A stretch of 64,000 nucleotides of DNA from the human T2T-CHM13v2.0 reference genome, Homo sapiens: assembly GCF_009914755.1 (NCBI RefSeq), contig NC_060940.1; one strand, written 5' to 3'. The notes under the pieces were generated by a model. That model saw nothing but the letters and a program-made list of their open reading frames with translations. It made no database searches and was not told the origin of the DNA. Both the position numbers and the translations under genes were made by a program. Position 1 is the stretch's first letter; the number at the start of each line of letters is the position of its first letter. Positions 1 to 12,635 of the stretch are shown one piece after another.

Positions 1-249
1 GTAAGCCTTCTGTAGCCCTATCTCAGCTTCTAAAACACTTGAGATAAAAAGAACTCCTCTACTTGGAGGTCTTGTGGTATGATTATTATATATTGTACAC
101 TTTCCTATCCATTATTGATTACAAATCAAGGCTCAGCTTTTTAAGACTGTATTTTTCTGTACCAGAGTTAAGGGCTCAAATGGTTTTAAAAACCAATTAT
201 AGAAAGTGGTGGGTAATATAATTTTTTAAACATTTTTTAAATTGCTAGA

Positions 250-935
250 AAGAACAAAAATACAGAAAACTAAATAAAACATATAAAGCACAACGAAGTT
301 TTATAAAGTGAACACCCATGTAACTACCATTCAAGTCAAGAAATAGAGCTTTTCCACAACTCCAGAAACCCCTGTGTGCCCTTTCCCAACCACACCCCTA
401 CCTCTCTCTTAAAGAAGGGGGTTGTTATCCTGACTTAAAAAGGAATCTCTGCCTTGCTTTATTTTACTTTAACAGTTCACCCCTAAAGTATGTACCTTTA
501 AATATTAAATTTTAGTTTTGTCTAAGTTTTTGGGCTTTATATAAATAGACTCATACAATTATGTGTTACTTTATATCTTGCTTTTTTCATTAAACATTAT
601 GGCTTTAAGATTAATCCACATTGTTTCTACATAGCTGTTTATTCATTTTCATTGCCATATGGCCTTATGTTCCATGAGTATGACACAATTTATTTATGCA
701 TTTCTACTGTTGATGGACATCCAAGTTGTTTTTATTTTTTATCTATTATAAATAATGTTGCTGTGAACATTCTCATACATGTCTCTCAGAGCACAATATG
801 CACAAATTTCTCTAGGATATATACCTCAGAGTAGAATTAATGGGTCAAAGAGTATGTATATCTTCAACTTGACTAGATAATGGAAAAACTATCTCCCAAA
901 GTGGTTGTACAACTTATATTTTCATCAGCAATGTT
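250..935 (-). mobile_element. Old L1 (L1M-class) 3' fragment in the last LPCAT2 intron
   Basis: Degenerate antisense L1 3' motifs (ctactgttgatggacat...aataatgttgctgtgaacattctcatacatgtctc...agtggttgtacaacttatattttcatcagcaatg); boundaries approximate. Confidence 0.65.
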
Positions 936-1052
936 TGTGTGTTGGGTAGTAGAATTTTGTAATAATTGCATTATTAGAGTCATTTATTAATCTGCATCAT
1001 GCCAAAAGAAGATTCACCCCAACTTATTGGATTTTTTTTCTTTCTCTTCTAG

Positions 1053-1237
1053 AGGAATTTAAAAGTTTTGCCTTAAAGCATCCAGAATATGCTAAGATAT
1101 TTACAACATACCTAGACCTCCAGACGTGCCATGTGTTTTCATTACCAAAAGAAGTCCAGACAACCCCCTCCACCGCCAGTAATAAAGTCAGCCCTGAAAA
1201 GCATGAAGAGAGTACCTCAGACAAAAAAGATGACTGA
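1053..1237 (+). CDS. LPCAT2: Last coding exon of lysophosphatidylcholine acyltransferase 2
   Basis: Polypyrimidine tract plus AG acceptor at 1051-1052. Phase-1 exon translates (E)EFKSFALKHPEYAKIFTTYLDLQTCHVFSLPKEVQTTPSTASNKVSPEKHEESTSDKKDD* (TGA 1235-1237), recognised as the LPCAT2 C-terminus ending in a KKxx ER-retrieval motif. Absent from the ORF track because it has no ATG. Confidence 0.93.
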
Positions 1238-1816
1238 AAGCAGTATTTCCAATAAGGAAAACACAGTAGCTTTTGCTTGAAATTGTAAAGGCACTTATTG
1301 ATAATACTTTTAATGTGTTGGTAATGATGTTTAAAATTGAAAGATTTTTAAAACAAAAATGATAGATTTTCTTACTAAAAATGTTTTTATTAACCTTGCT
1401 TTTATTGGAAAAAATCAAGCAATATTTCGTTTTCTTTTGTGTTATATTGTACTTTACTGATTCATTTACTGGTGATACATATGTTTTTATGGATTTTCCA
1501 GTTTAATTTGCATATACAAATGAATGCAATGGTCTATTGGTGAGCATTGAGCAACACTGTATAAAGTTTTAAAAATGTAAACACTTTTTAATCTACTTTC
1601 CTCTAAAAATCAATAATATTCTATTATTTCTAATCCTTTTCCACTTGGGAAATAACAATGAAGAATCTGAGAATTTGACATCTATAACTTTACAGATTCA
1701 TTTTTCCATTTAAATTTCAGTTTCTTGGATCACTGAATATGGGAAGGGAGAGCTTCACTAATTAGACGCAGCTTCTTAAGAACTTATATTCTCTTTGACA
1801 TACATCTCTATTGTAG

Positions 1817-2170
<354 letters not shown>

Positions 2171-4783
2171 TGAACTACAGGTTTAGAACTTGGTTTTAAG
2201 ACAACTGCTATGGCCAGAAGGTAAATGGGAATTGCCTTATTGAAGGTAACATTGATTGCCTAATAAGAAAATGAATTGTTTGCCACAGAGTTGAATTTAA
2301 TTTGAGTTAGATAGTTCAGAATGTAGCACTTGCCCTATAAATGAATCAGATTTGTTCTATTTATATAATATTAGAATTAATATATTATCATGTAAGTGGG
2401 AATTTTATTTTGTTAAGTGGACTCTCAAATTTTAGAACTTGTGTGAAATATCTCCCAGAAAACACAAAAGGTTTCAAGGTATCACCCAAAGCTAGGGAAT
2501 CAACAAACGTACTTTATTAATGCAAGACCACAATTTAAGCCCCAGGCAGGAATCCAACAGTAACATTTTTCCTTTAGGTTAAGCAGTAATTTTTTTGAAT
2601 TGTCATTTTTAATGGGTCTCACACATGCATATTGCTAATATCATTCATGTTTGAGGTTTTCAACAAAGAACCAATTTATTAATATAATGTACAAAAATAG
2701 TTGGTTCATTTTCTGAATTCAGTCTTTGAAATAAAACTCCTTGTTTTGGCCGTGTTTCTGAATGTATTGGTGATTCACCCCCAAGCTAATTTTTTAAAGT
2801 CATTTTTGAAGTTGGGAAGTCTCATGAGAGATGTTGAAGTATGTATTTAATCAAGAGTCATGATTTCAAACTAGTTTTACATATTAAGCAGTTAGTGTTC
2901 TAATTTAATGGGTAAATGTGTGTTTGGATAAATATCTGAAAATTTTATCCTTAAGTATATATAATTATTTGCCTCTTATATGTCTTAAAGCTATTTAAAC
3001 AAGGTGTTAAATGAGCCAAAACAATTAAGTAATTAGAACAGTACATTTTTATCAGAGTGTCTGTCATATGCAATGAATGTATGTAATACTAAAAAATCAT
3101 GACTACTTTTATCAAAGAAAAACCACACATTAATCCTATTAATCATGAAAGCGTAGCATTGTAAATTAAAGGTTTTCTTTGAGGCTCTTGAAAGTGATCC
3201 CATTGCTTTCCTGTTTTAAAAATATTTTATGCTCTTTATTTCCACTTCTGTGAATGTGATATTTCTATTTTGTGATTATGTTACTGAATAAACAAACTTG
3301 CTACATAAAATTCTTAGCAATTAAAAAAATTCTGATTCTGCCATTTTGTCTCAAATGTAATATACCCTTTTAATATCATATGTTTACATATTTATGAATG
3401 ATTAATCATTTTTGTTTGCATTAAACTTTATGAAATGTCAGAAATGATTTTACTCTAATGAAACTCAAATTTTGCCCAAAGTAGCAATATTCTTAAAGAT
3501 GTTGAATTTTGACTGGTTGAATTTTATATAGTAACACACAAGTCGTGATCATCAATATTATTGCAGACCAGGACTCTGCTTATATGCCTTGCTAACAAAG
3601 ATTTCTTTCACAGAGGCTTTTCTCCTCTCAAGACTTAAAGTAAGAATTACATTTTATTAAGTCAGTTAAATGCACCATGGCTTCATATAGTAATATAAAA
3701 AAACTCTTTGAAGTGAGAAATATTATATCCTAAAACCTCTAAACCACAAACATTCAATTGAAAGAGTTCTGTTGAAGGATAATGACATACTGACTGCTTA
3801 CAGACCAAGTTGCTTGCATTTTGTATGTTTAGCCCTCCTTTGCCACTGCTTTTAGAGCCTTGGAAGGCTAAGTGTGATAGTAATGCTAGCTCTAATGCAT
3901 ATTTAAAGGAGACTGCCTCGCTTTTAGAAGACATCTGGTCTGCTCTCTGCATGAGGCACAGCAGTAAAGCTCTTTGATTCCCAGAATCAAGAACTCTCCC
4001 CTTCAGACTATTACCGAATGCAAGGTGGTTAATTGAAGGCCACTAATTGATGCTCAAATAGAAGGATATTGACTATATTGGAACAGATGGAGTCTCTACT
4101 ACAAAAGTCTTTGGGTATTTGTTTCTTACATAGAAAATGCTAACATGAATAGAAAGATACTGGTGCAAGACCATTCCCGGGAAAGTAGACATACTTACAT
4201 TTTTTTCCTTTTCTGCTCATTTGAATGAACTCAATTTTATGTTAAATTGTTATATCAGAGTGACAAATAAGTGCTATGGCTTGATAGAAGTGAAGCTCTT
4301 CACATATATTCAAAATACATATCACAAACTTTGGTAAATAGGATAGTAATCTGAAGAACTTTTGCCCTTTTTACCCCATTTACTGTAACTCTTGTTTCTA
4401 GGTAATCGTTCTCTCTCAACAAACTTCTCAAGCGTCTGTGTAACAAGCCACATGTTCTAACAAATTGTCTCCATCGCACTTCAACAGCCAGGTCCCTATT
4501 TTTTATAACGTATTAACCTTATTATTTTCTTATTATTTTAAAAGAATCTATGCACATTAGCAAAATTTAAAAGATAGAGAAAAATATAAACAGAAAAAAT
4601 TATGTTTACTTCTACCACCCTAAATCAACTATTATCAATTTTATACATATTTTACTCCATCTTTTTTCAAAGTTTCTTACATTTTCCAATGTCATTAAAA
4701 TTCTCTGTGAATGTAAATTTTAAAAACTGTACCTACTGTTTTTTGGAAATCTGTAACAAGCTATGTGTAATCATTCTTCTAAT

Positions 4784-4789
4784 ATTAAA
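4784..4789 (+). terminator. LPCAT2: Candidate distal poly(A) signal ATTAAA
   Basis: ATTAAA with TGTA elements upstream (4752, 4767) and a GT/T-rich tract ~20-45 nt downstream. Confidence 0.5.
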
Positions 4790-4794
4790 CATAT

Positions 4795-5281
4795 TGTGTC
4801 CAGAATTTATTTCTTCTGGTGGGTTCTTGGTCTTGCTGACTTCAAGAATGAAGCGACGGCTCTCACTGTGAGTGTTATAGCTCTTAAAGGTGGCGCGTCC
4901 AGAGTTGGTTGTTCCTCCAGTGGGTTCGTGGTCTCACTGACTTCAAGAATGAAGCCACGACCTCGCAGTGAGTGTTACAGCTCTTAAAGTTGGTGCGGAC
5001 CCAAAGAGTGAGCAGCAGCAAGATTTATTGTGAAAAGCAAAACAACACAGGCTCCACAGCATGGAAAGGGACCCCAGCGGGTTGCCACCACTTGCCCAGG
5101 TGGCCAGCTTTTATTCCCTTATTTGGCCCCACTCATGTCCTCCTGATTGGTCCATTTTACAGAGTGCTGATTGGTCTATTTTTTACAGAATGCTGATTGG
5201 TGCATTTACAATCCTCTAGCTAGCCAGAAAAGTTCTCCAAGTCCCCACCCGACACAGAAGCCCAACTGGATTCAGCTCTCA
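4795..5281 (-). mobile_element. Solo LTR12 (ERV9/HERV9 family, LTR12F-sized)
   Basis: TG...CA termini; 4-bp TSD ATAT (4791-4794 / 5282-5285); LTR12 motifs (gacttcaagaatgaagcc, repeated ctgattgg CCAAT boxes). Confidence 0.9.
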
Positions 5282-5624
5282 ATATGAGTTTGATTTTCAT
5301 TTGGGATCTATTAAAAAATCCAACTCAATATTCCATAGTAGTTCATAATTAGAAATAGTTTGCTAAAACTTACTGAGAAATCTGCTGAAGATTTTATAAT
5401 TATTAAAATTGGGTTTAAACTACTTTTATTACAGGAAAAATTTGATATTATTATTATAGATTACATGGAGTATGGTAATTTTAACCATAACTTAACGTGA
5501 AGGTAATTTTACATGAAGTTAACAGGTTCATGTCTTTTAAAGGTGAGTAGATTTCATCTTTTCAAAATATTTTTTTCCTTTATAAAAGTAACAGACAACA
5601 ATTATTACAATAAGCAATAATAAT

Positions 5625-5835
5625 TATAATGGCTACCTATTTGGAGTGCCTACCATGTATTAGTCATTGTGCTAACTGATGTATAGGCATCTCATTTACA
5701 GTTCAACTCATTTGAACCTAAATGAAGAATAGTTGTTTGTCCCTTATTTTATTTAACAAAATTTAAAACTATTTCTAAGTCGCTCATTAAATGACAAAGC
5801 TTAAACCAAATTTTGTCTGATTGTAAAGGCCATAC
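5625..5835 (-). mobile_element. MIR (degenerate)
   Basis: gagtgcctaccatgt...gtgcta...ctcattt...cccttatttt core similarity; approximate. Confidence 0.5.
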
Positions 5836-6309
5836 TTTTAATCATTTATATAAAACAACGCAGCCATATTTAACTTCTGCCATATATTTTCTTACCGATG
5901 AATGATATATATCAAATGTTGACTTAGTTTTTAAATGGAAGACAGAAGCGGTTTAGAATGGCCTATTTTCAGTCAGCCAAAAATGTCAAAACCTTCTGTG
6001 AGTAGTCCAGGTACTGGAAATCAGACAATTTGAACTTCAGGATACTACAATAATTTTTTCCTTTGTGGGTAGTGGTGGAGCATGAATTCTCTACTTCTTA
6101 TTGGTCCTTCTGCTATGATGGCCCTTTCAGTCACACCTCTGTTCTCAAAATAAGAATATAATCAATAAAGTAGAGTTTGAGGGAACGGAGGACTAAGTCA
6201 AAAGTGGGATACCTAGGACTTCATTCTAGTTACTGTGGAATTATCTCCTTTGCTTTTCTTCCTGTTTGTGCTTTTTCTATCCTGTTAATTCTCCTGCCTT
6301 ATGGAAAGC

Positions 6310-7012
6310 ACAGTGATTGTTTCACAGCATAAACCAGACATCACTTTTCCAGTTTAATTTTTTTTCAAAGGCCCCCATTGCATTTTGGAAAAAATTCAAA
6401 ATATTCAACATGGCCTACAAAGCCCTGTCACCCTTAAATAGTGTGTTGAGTCTGGCTCCTACCCACAGTCTAAATCTCAACTGTCTCCAATCTTCTCCCT
6501 CACTAAACTCCTACCAGCAAATCTTTTCTTCAAACTGGCTAATGCCCTATTCTAGCCTCAGAGTTTTGTGCTGCTGTTCTCTTAGGTACAGTGTTTTTCC
6601 CCAAGATTTTTATCTGGCTTTCTCTTCTTCATTTAGACTTTTAAACAAACAGCTTCATGAATTACTTGAGATGTAATTAATATACATACAATTTACCCAT
6701 TTAAGGTATACATTTTAATGTTTTTATTATATTCACAGAGTTGTACAACCATCACACTCTAATTTCAGAACGTTTTCATCTTGATTCAGATTTTAAATCA
6801 AATGTCACATCATCCAGTAGGAACTCCAGTCACTAATTAGAAATACCCATTATGTTTTTACACACATTCTCAATCCCACTACCTGTTTGTTATTGCACTT
6901 GAACTTACATGAAACTATTTACTTGTTTATACATTTATTGTCTGTTATTCCTAGCACATAGAAGGTATGTCTGGCACATAGCAAACACTCGATCTTTGAT
7001 GAATGAATGAAT
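6310..7012 (+). mobile_element. L2 3' fragment (interrupted by a short L1M piece ~6660-6790)
   Basis: L2-type 3' end (cctagcacatag...tctggcacatagc...gaatgaatgaa). Confidence 0.55.
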
Positions 7013-7059
7013 AATGATAACATTAACTTTTTTGCTTATTCTGCCTTGTATTGTGTAAG

Positions 7060-7220
7060 ATTAGAGACAATCCTTACAACAAACTTGAAAACCCAGACTT
7101 AACGATCTCTAAAACTCACATGTAAGTTAAGGCTCAGAGAAGTTTCATCACTTGCTCAGAGTTACGTAACTGGTGAATACCGAGGCTAGATTTCAAACCC
7201 AAGGCTGCCCGGCTCTAAAT
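7060..7220 (-). mobile_element. MIR
   Basis: aaggctcagagaagtt...cacttgctcagagttac...gatttcaaacccaagg. Confidence 0.6.
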
Positions 7221-10142
7221 GAGGGGATATTTGATTAGGCCAAAGTAACCTGAACCCTTAAAATAACCAGGCTTTAACTTCCAGAAACATGGGAACTAGA
7301 TAACCTAAGAACCTGCTGGCCACGAAACCCCTAGAATACTGAACACAATATCACAAACATATTTTGAAATGCATAGATGAGCATGTAAAATACTGAGGGA
7401 ACTCCTCAATGGCCAAAAGTGGAAAGCAGATGAAAACCAGAACTGTGTAAAAGCCTGAAAGTTACAGTCGTCCTGCAGACATTTGTCAATCTCAGTAACA
7501 AAGGGACTTAGTATTTTTTGGCTATGGAAGACAAAAACAAGCTTTTTGTATAAGGTGGGAATGTTGAACTGAGACCTCATGGGAGAAAAAGCAGATGAAG
7601 GGTTAGAGGCTCAGTAAAAGAATGAACTGGAAAAATCCATCTTCTGACAAAGAAAGACAATGAGGAAACTTTTCTGTCTTGGGCTGGGTGCTTGGTTGGA
7701 GCAGGGGGAAAGAATCTCTGATTTTTCAAAAACTTTCAATTAAAAAAATGTTTCAAAACTCATTTTATGGCCCAGTCTATGTATGTCTTGTTGAATGTCC
7801 CATGTGCATTTGAAAGGAATATGTGTTCTGCATTTGTTGAATGTAATGTTCAGTAAAGGTAAATTAGGTTCAGTTAGTTAGTAATGCTATATAAGCCCTC
7901 TATAGCCTCACTGATTTTTTTGTCTGCTTATTCTATAATTATTTAAAAGGGGATATTGAAATTGTCAGCTGCAACCATGGTTTTATTGGCAGTCAGTTTG
8001 TTTGACGTCCTGCCCTTAGATTCATAATCACTTATGATTTTCATATAGTCTTGATGAATTGACCCTTTTATCATTATGAAATATGCCTCTTTAATTCTAG
8101 TAATACTCCTAATGTTACCATAGCTACTCCAACCATGCCAACTCTCTTATCATTAGTGTTTGCATGGTTTATAGTTTTTCATCATTTTACTATTAACTTG
8201 TGTCCTTATTTTTTAAATGCATCTCTTAAATGAATGTTTTATGACCCATTCAGGCCTTGATTTTTTTATTCTATATGACAATTTCTGTCTTTTAATTGGA
8301 GCAGTTACTCCACCTACATTTAATGTAATTATTGATACAATTAGGTTTACTACCATACAGAGTCTACTATCTTGCTTTTTGTTTTCTGTTTGTTCCATCT
8401 GTTCTAGGATACTCTCTCTTCCTTTTCTGACTTCTTTTGAATTAATCATTTTTTTTGACATTTTATCATTTTATATTTTCTTTTGGCTTATTAGATATAA
8501 TTACCTATTTTTAATGGTCGCTCCAAGGCTTATAATATCTTTCACATCTAAACTGTATCTTTAATGTAATATAGTTTACTTTCAAATAACAGTATACTTT
8601 TTCACCTATAGCATGTGAACCTTACAACAATATACTTTCATTTTACTCTACCTTATTATTTCTGCTATTGTCATATGTTATTTATGTGTTTTAAACCCCA
8701 CAAGACACTTTAATTATTTTTGTTATAAACAATTACCATTGAGAGAAAGTAAGACTTTGATAAAGAAAGGTATTTTATATTTATCTACATATTTACTGTT
8801 TCTAGCACTCTTCTTTATATAGTTCCACTTTTCATCATTTTCCTTAAGCATGAGGACCTTCCTTGAACAATTCTTGTAGCACAAGTCTTCTGTCGATAAG
8901 TTCTCTCAACTTTATTTTGTCTAAATGTGTCTTTATTTTGGCTTCATTTTTGTAGAATATTTTTGATGGATATAGAATTCTAGGTTGATTTTCTTTTCCT
9001 TCTAGTACATTACAGATTTCATTGTCTTTTTCTTTTTATTGTCTCTGATGAGAAATTAACAATAATTATCTTCCTAGTTCTGTTGTATGTAATTTATCAT
9101 CAGGCTACTTTTAACATTTTTTTTTCTTTATTACTAGTTTTGAAAAATTGTATTATGATTTGCCTTGGTGCAATATTCTTTATGCTTCTGGGGTTTATTG
9201 AACTGCTTGGATCTGTAAGTTTAGAGTTTTCATGAAATTTGGAAAATTTTCAGCTATTATTTTTTTCAAATAATTTTTCTGCCCCTAATCTTTCTCATTT
9301 CTCTCCTCTAATTACATATATGTTAGCCCATTTGGACTATTCCATAGGTCACTGAGTCTGTTAATTTTTTTCATCTTCCTTTTTCTGTATGCTTTGGTTT
9401 TCATATTTTTTGTTGCTCTTCAAGTTCACCAGTTGTGTCTCCTGCAGTATAAATGTTTCATTTCAGATACCACATTTTATGCTTCTTGAACTTTTATTTA
9501 GTTTTTTTCTTAGTTTCTATTTGGCTAATGAGAATTCCTATTCTCTCATTATGTTCACAGATTTCCTAAATTTCTAGAATATATTTATATGTAGTTTTAA
9601 AGTTCTTATTTCCTATTCTGTGTTTGTTATTCCTGATTTTATTTCTATCGCTGATTTACCTCCTAGTAATAGGTCATATTTCCTTTTTCTTCACATGTCT
9701 GATAATTTTGTGTTATATCCTGGACATTATGGATGCCACTTTATTAAGTGTCTAGATTTGGCTGTCATCCTTAAATCGGGTGTCTAGTTTTGTTCTGCCA
9801 GGTAGTTAATTTACTTGCAGATCAGCCTGGTTCTTTCTAAGCTTATTTTAAGGTTTTACAAGAAAGAGTCCATAGTATTCTTTACTCTAGGATTACATTA
9901 GCCTTATGCCTAAAGTGTAGCCTTTCTGAGGGTCTCTTTTGAATCTCCTGTATATTCAACAAGGTCTCTACGCTCTGGCTGTTCAAAAATCAAATGTGTT
10001 TTAACCTTGTGTGAGCTTCAGTAGTTATTCAATATACAGCTTCCTCTGTAGATATTCTTTCCTCAGTACTTTTTGTTTCTCCAATAGATGTTCTTTATCT
10101 GTCCTCATGGAGTCTTTCGCTGAGCATGTGCAGCTTAGTAGC

Positions 10143-10560
10143 TATATTAGTCTACTTAGGCTGCCATAACAAAATAACACAGACTGGGAGGCTTAAAAAA
10201 ACCAGAAATTTATTTTCTTACACTTCTAGAGGCTAGAAGTCCAAGATCAAGATGCTATTAAGGATGGTTTCTGATAAGATTTCTGGTTTATAGACAGCTG
10301 CCTACTCATGTGTCCTCACATGGTCTCTTCTCTCTATACATGTCTGGAGAGAGAGAGAGAGAGAGAGAGAGAGCGCTCTGGTATCCCTTTCTCTTATAAA
10401 GACACCATTCCTATTGCATTAGACCACCACTCTTATGATCTCATTTAACCTTAACTTACCTTTCTAAAGGCCCTGTCTTCACAGACAAGCACATTGAGGG
10501 CTAGGGTTTCAACCTATGAATTTAGGTGAGGGAGATGAAGACACAATTCAGTTCATAACA
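10143..10560 (-). mobile_element. MaLR LTR (MLT1A/MST-like)
   Basis: tattagtc...ggctgccataacaaaa...agtccaagatcaag...cagttcataaca; contains (GA)n. Confidence 0.8.
10347..10373. repeat. (GA)n microsatellite
   Basis: Direct observation. Confidence 0.95.
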
Positions 10561-11049
10561 ATAATTAACCAAAGACTTAAGGGGTTTCCTGTAGAGATGT
10601 CTGTAGCTCTGTCTATAACCAACTTCCTTTTTCTCAGTACTATACTCCACACTTTCCAACCAACTCAGCCTCCTCAGGCTCTAATCTCTGTCTCCTTAGC
10701 TAAGTGACACTTCTGTATTCTGTTTGGGCTCTTGCACTCTACAAAACAGTCCAGAAAATTTTCTAGACAGAATAAAACAGAGTGGTCATTATATCACCTC
10801 ATTTGTTTTCCTTCTCTTGGGAATCATAGTCCTGCATTGCCTCTTGTCCAAAGTCTGAAAATAGTTTTCATATATTTTGTTCATTTTAATAATACTTTAT
10901 AGCAAGAGGGCTAACCAAGTACTAGCTATTCCATCATAGGTGGAAGCAGAATGTCCTCACTGCCTCCATCCCAAGCATTTTAAAATGTAGAGCTGACCTC
11001 ACATGTGTTCGAAGTTTGAAAATTACTGACATGGTCTATGAACCCCCAA

Positions 11050-12635
11050 TGCTGAGAATTAAGAATTCCCTGGGATACCAACTAGACAGAAATGTAAATC
11101 TTTGGAAGGATACATTTTCAACCTAACATGTGATAGAATGCCAAGTAAAGCCCAGCCAAACCAAAGTTCTGAAATTATGAAATATGCAAGGATATAAGGC
11201 AAGAGTCAGCACAAACAAACATCAGGAAAAATCTCAGAATCTTTGGATTATAGAATTGTTGAATATAAAAATTAAAGCAAGATTTTAAAGGCTGTTTGAG
11301 AAAATTATGAAACTATGAGAAATGAACATGGTACCATAAAAAAGACCAGATCTATTTGAAAAAGTCTTCTAGAAATAGAACATCTAGAAAATAAAACTAT
11401 ATATTACACTAAATAGATGAGTTAAACTGTAAATATTGACACAGCTTTACAAAAGAATTAGGAAACTGATAATAGATTTGAAGAAACTATCCAGAATGCA
11501 GCATACAGAGGCAAAGAGAGAAAAATGAGGAAAAGAAGGTAAAAAAATACAATAGAATGAGAACAATTGGCACACATTTCATTGGAATTTGAGGAGACAG
11601 TAGTAAGAATGAGGAAAAAAAGCACTGTTTGAAGAACTAATAGATATTGCTACTCTGGAGTCGACAAATATGAATCCCTTGGATTCAGAACTGTAATGAG
11701 CCCCAGGGAAATTTTTAAAATGAAATCTGTACCTCAATTCAACATGGTGGACTGCAGAAACTAAAAGACAGAAGTTCTTTAAAGAAGCCAGAAGTAAATA
11801 TATTACTTACCAAGGAACAAACTTGTCAGTAGCACTGCTAGATTTGTCAGCAGCAACCACGGAAGCCAAAAGACAGTGGAATAGTATCTTTAAAGTGCTG
11901 AGAGAAAATAACTGTTGACCTAGAATTGTATATCTTACTAAGCTAATTTTTAAGTACTGAGAGTAAAATAAAGCTATTTTCAGACAAACAAAAACAGGTT
12001 TGTAACAAAGAAAATTTATTCAAGAAATATCTAAAGTATATACTTCAAAAATAAAGAAAATGAACCCTGATGTAAGGACCAAAATTCAAGGAAGAATGGT
12101 AAATAAAATAAGTGGTAGATAAATCTTTTTTTAAAAATTGACTGTAAAGAAAAAGAAATACGAGGAAGAAGAGGAGAAAACAGTGGACAGTGAATAAATA
12201 TCAGTAACAAAGTGGAACTAAAATACTACACCATCATAACATATAAAAGAGGAGAGGACCATGATCAGGTTTAAAGCCTTAGTCAGGAGTATGATTGAGA
12301 TATGGATTTCTTTAGATTTTATTAATTATCTGTGTTAAGATTTTAAGGGAACCATTAAAAGAATAGAAACAGCAGGTGAAATGTGGAAACTGTTTTGGGA
12401 ATTTAAATTTAAAATTTTAATTTTTTAAAAAATCAAGCAACCACTAGTGCATAAAATAGATAAGAACATGGAAAAAGCAAGGTAAATATCACAAAAACAA
12501 TATGGCTGAAATAAATCTAAATTAACCAATAAGCAAACTGATGTAAATTGATTATATGTAAACAAAATTATCAAGATAGCTAAAGTTAATCCAGTGCTGT
12601 GCAGTTTGTAACAGATATAAGAAAAGTTTAATATC
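11050..12635 (+). mobile_element. Old L1M ORF1 to start of ORF2 (host of nested insertions; resumes at ~22989)
   Basis: A-rich degenerate ORF1 (gaagccaaaagacagtggaatagtatctttaaagtgctgagag) leading into the EN start; continues after the nested block. Confidence 0.65.

Larger units (their letters stand above)
7750..10950 (-). mobile_element. Old L1M (5' region/ORF1/EN), antisense, interrupted by MLT1
   Basis: Minus-strand translation shows L1 endonuclease N-terminus remnant (SIITLNVGGVTAPIKRQKLS); T-rich antisense ORF1-type sequence. Confidence 0.7.

Noticed and set aside
1-6. GTAAGC at the window start as a splice donor
   Set aside because: No upstream exon is visible, so it cannot be distinguished from chance
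1181-1186. AATAAA inside the last exon
   Set aside because: It lies within the coding sequence (Asn-Lys); no evidence of use
4811-4997. ~100-bp tandem duplication
   Set aside because: It matches the repeated U5 unit expected in LTR12 elements and is not locus-specific
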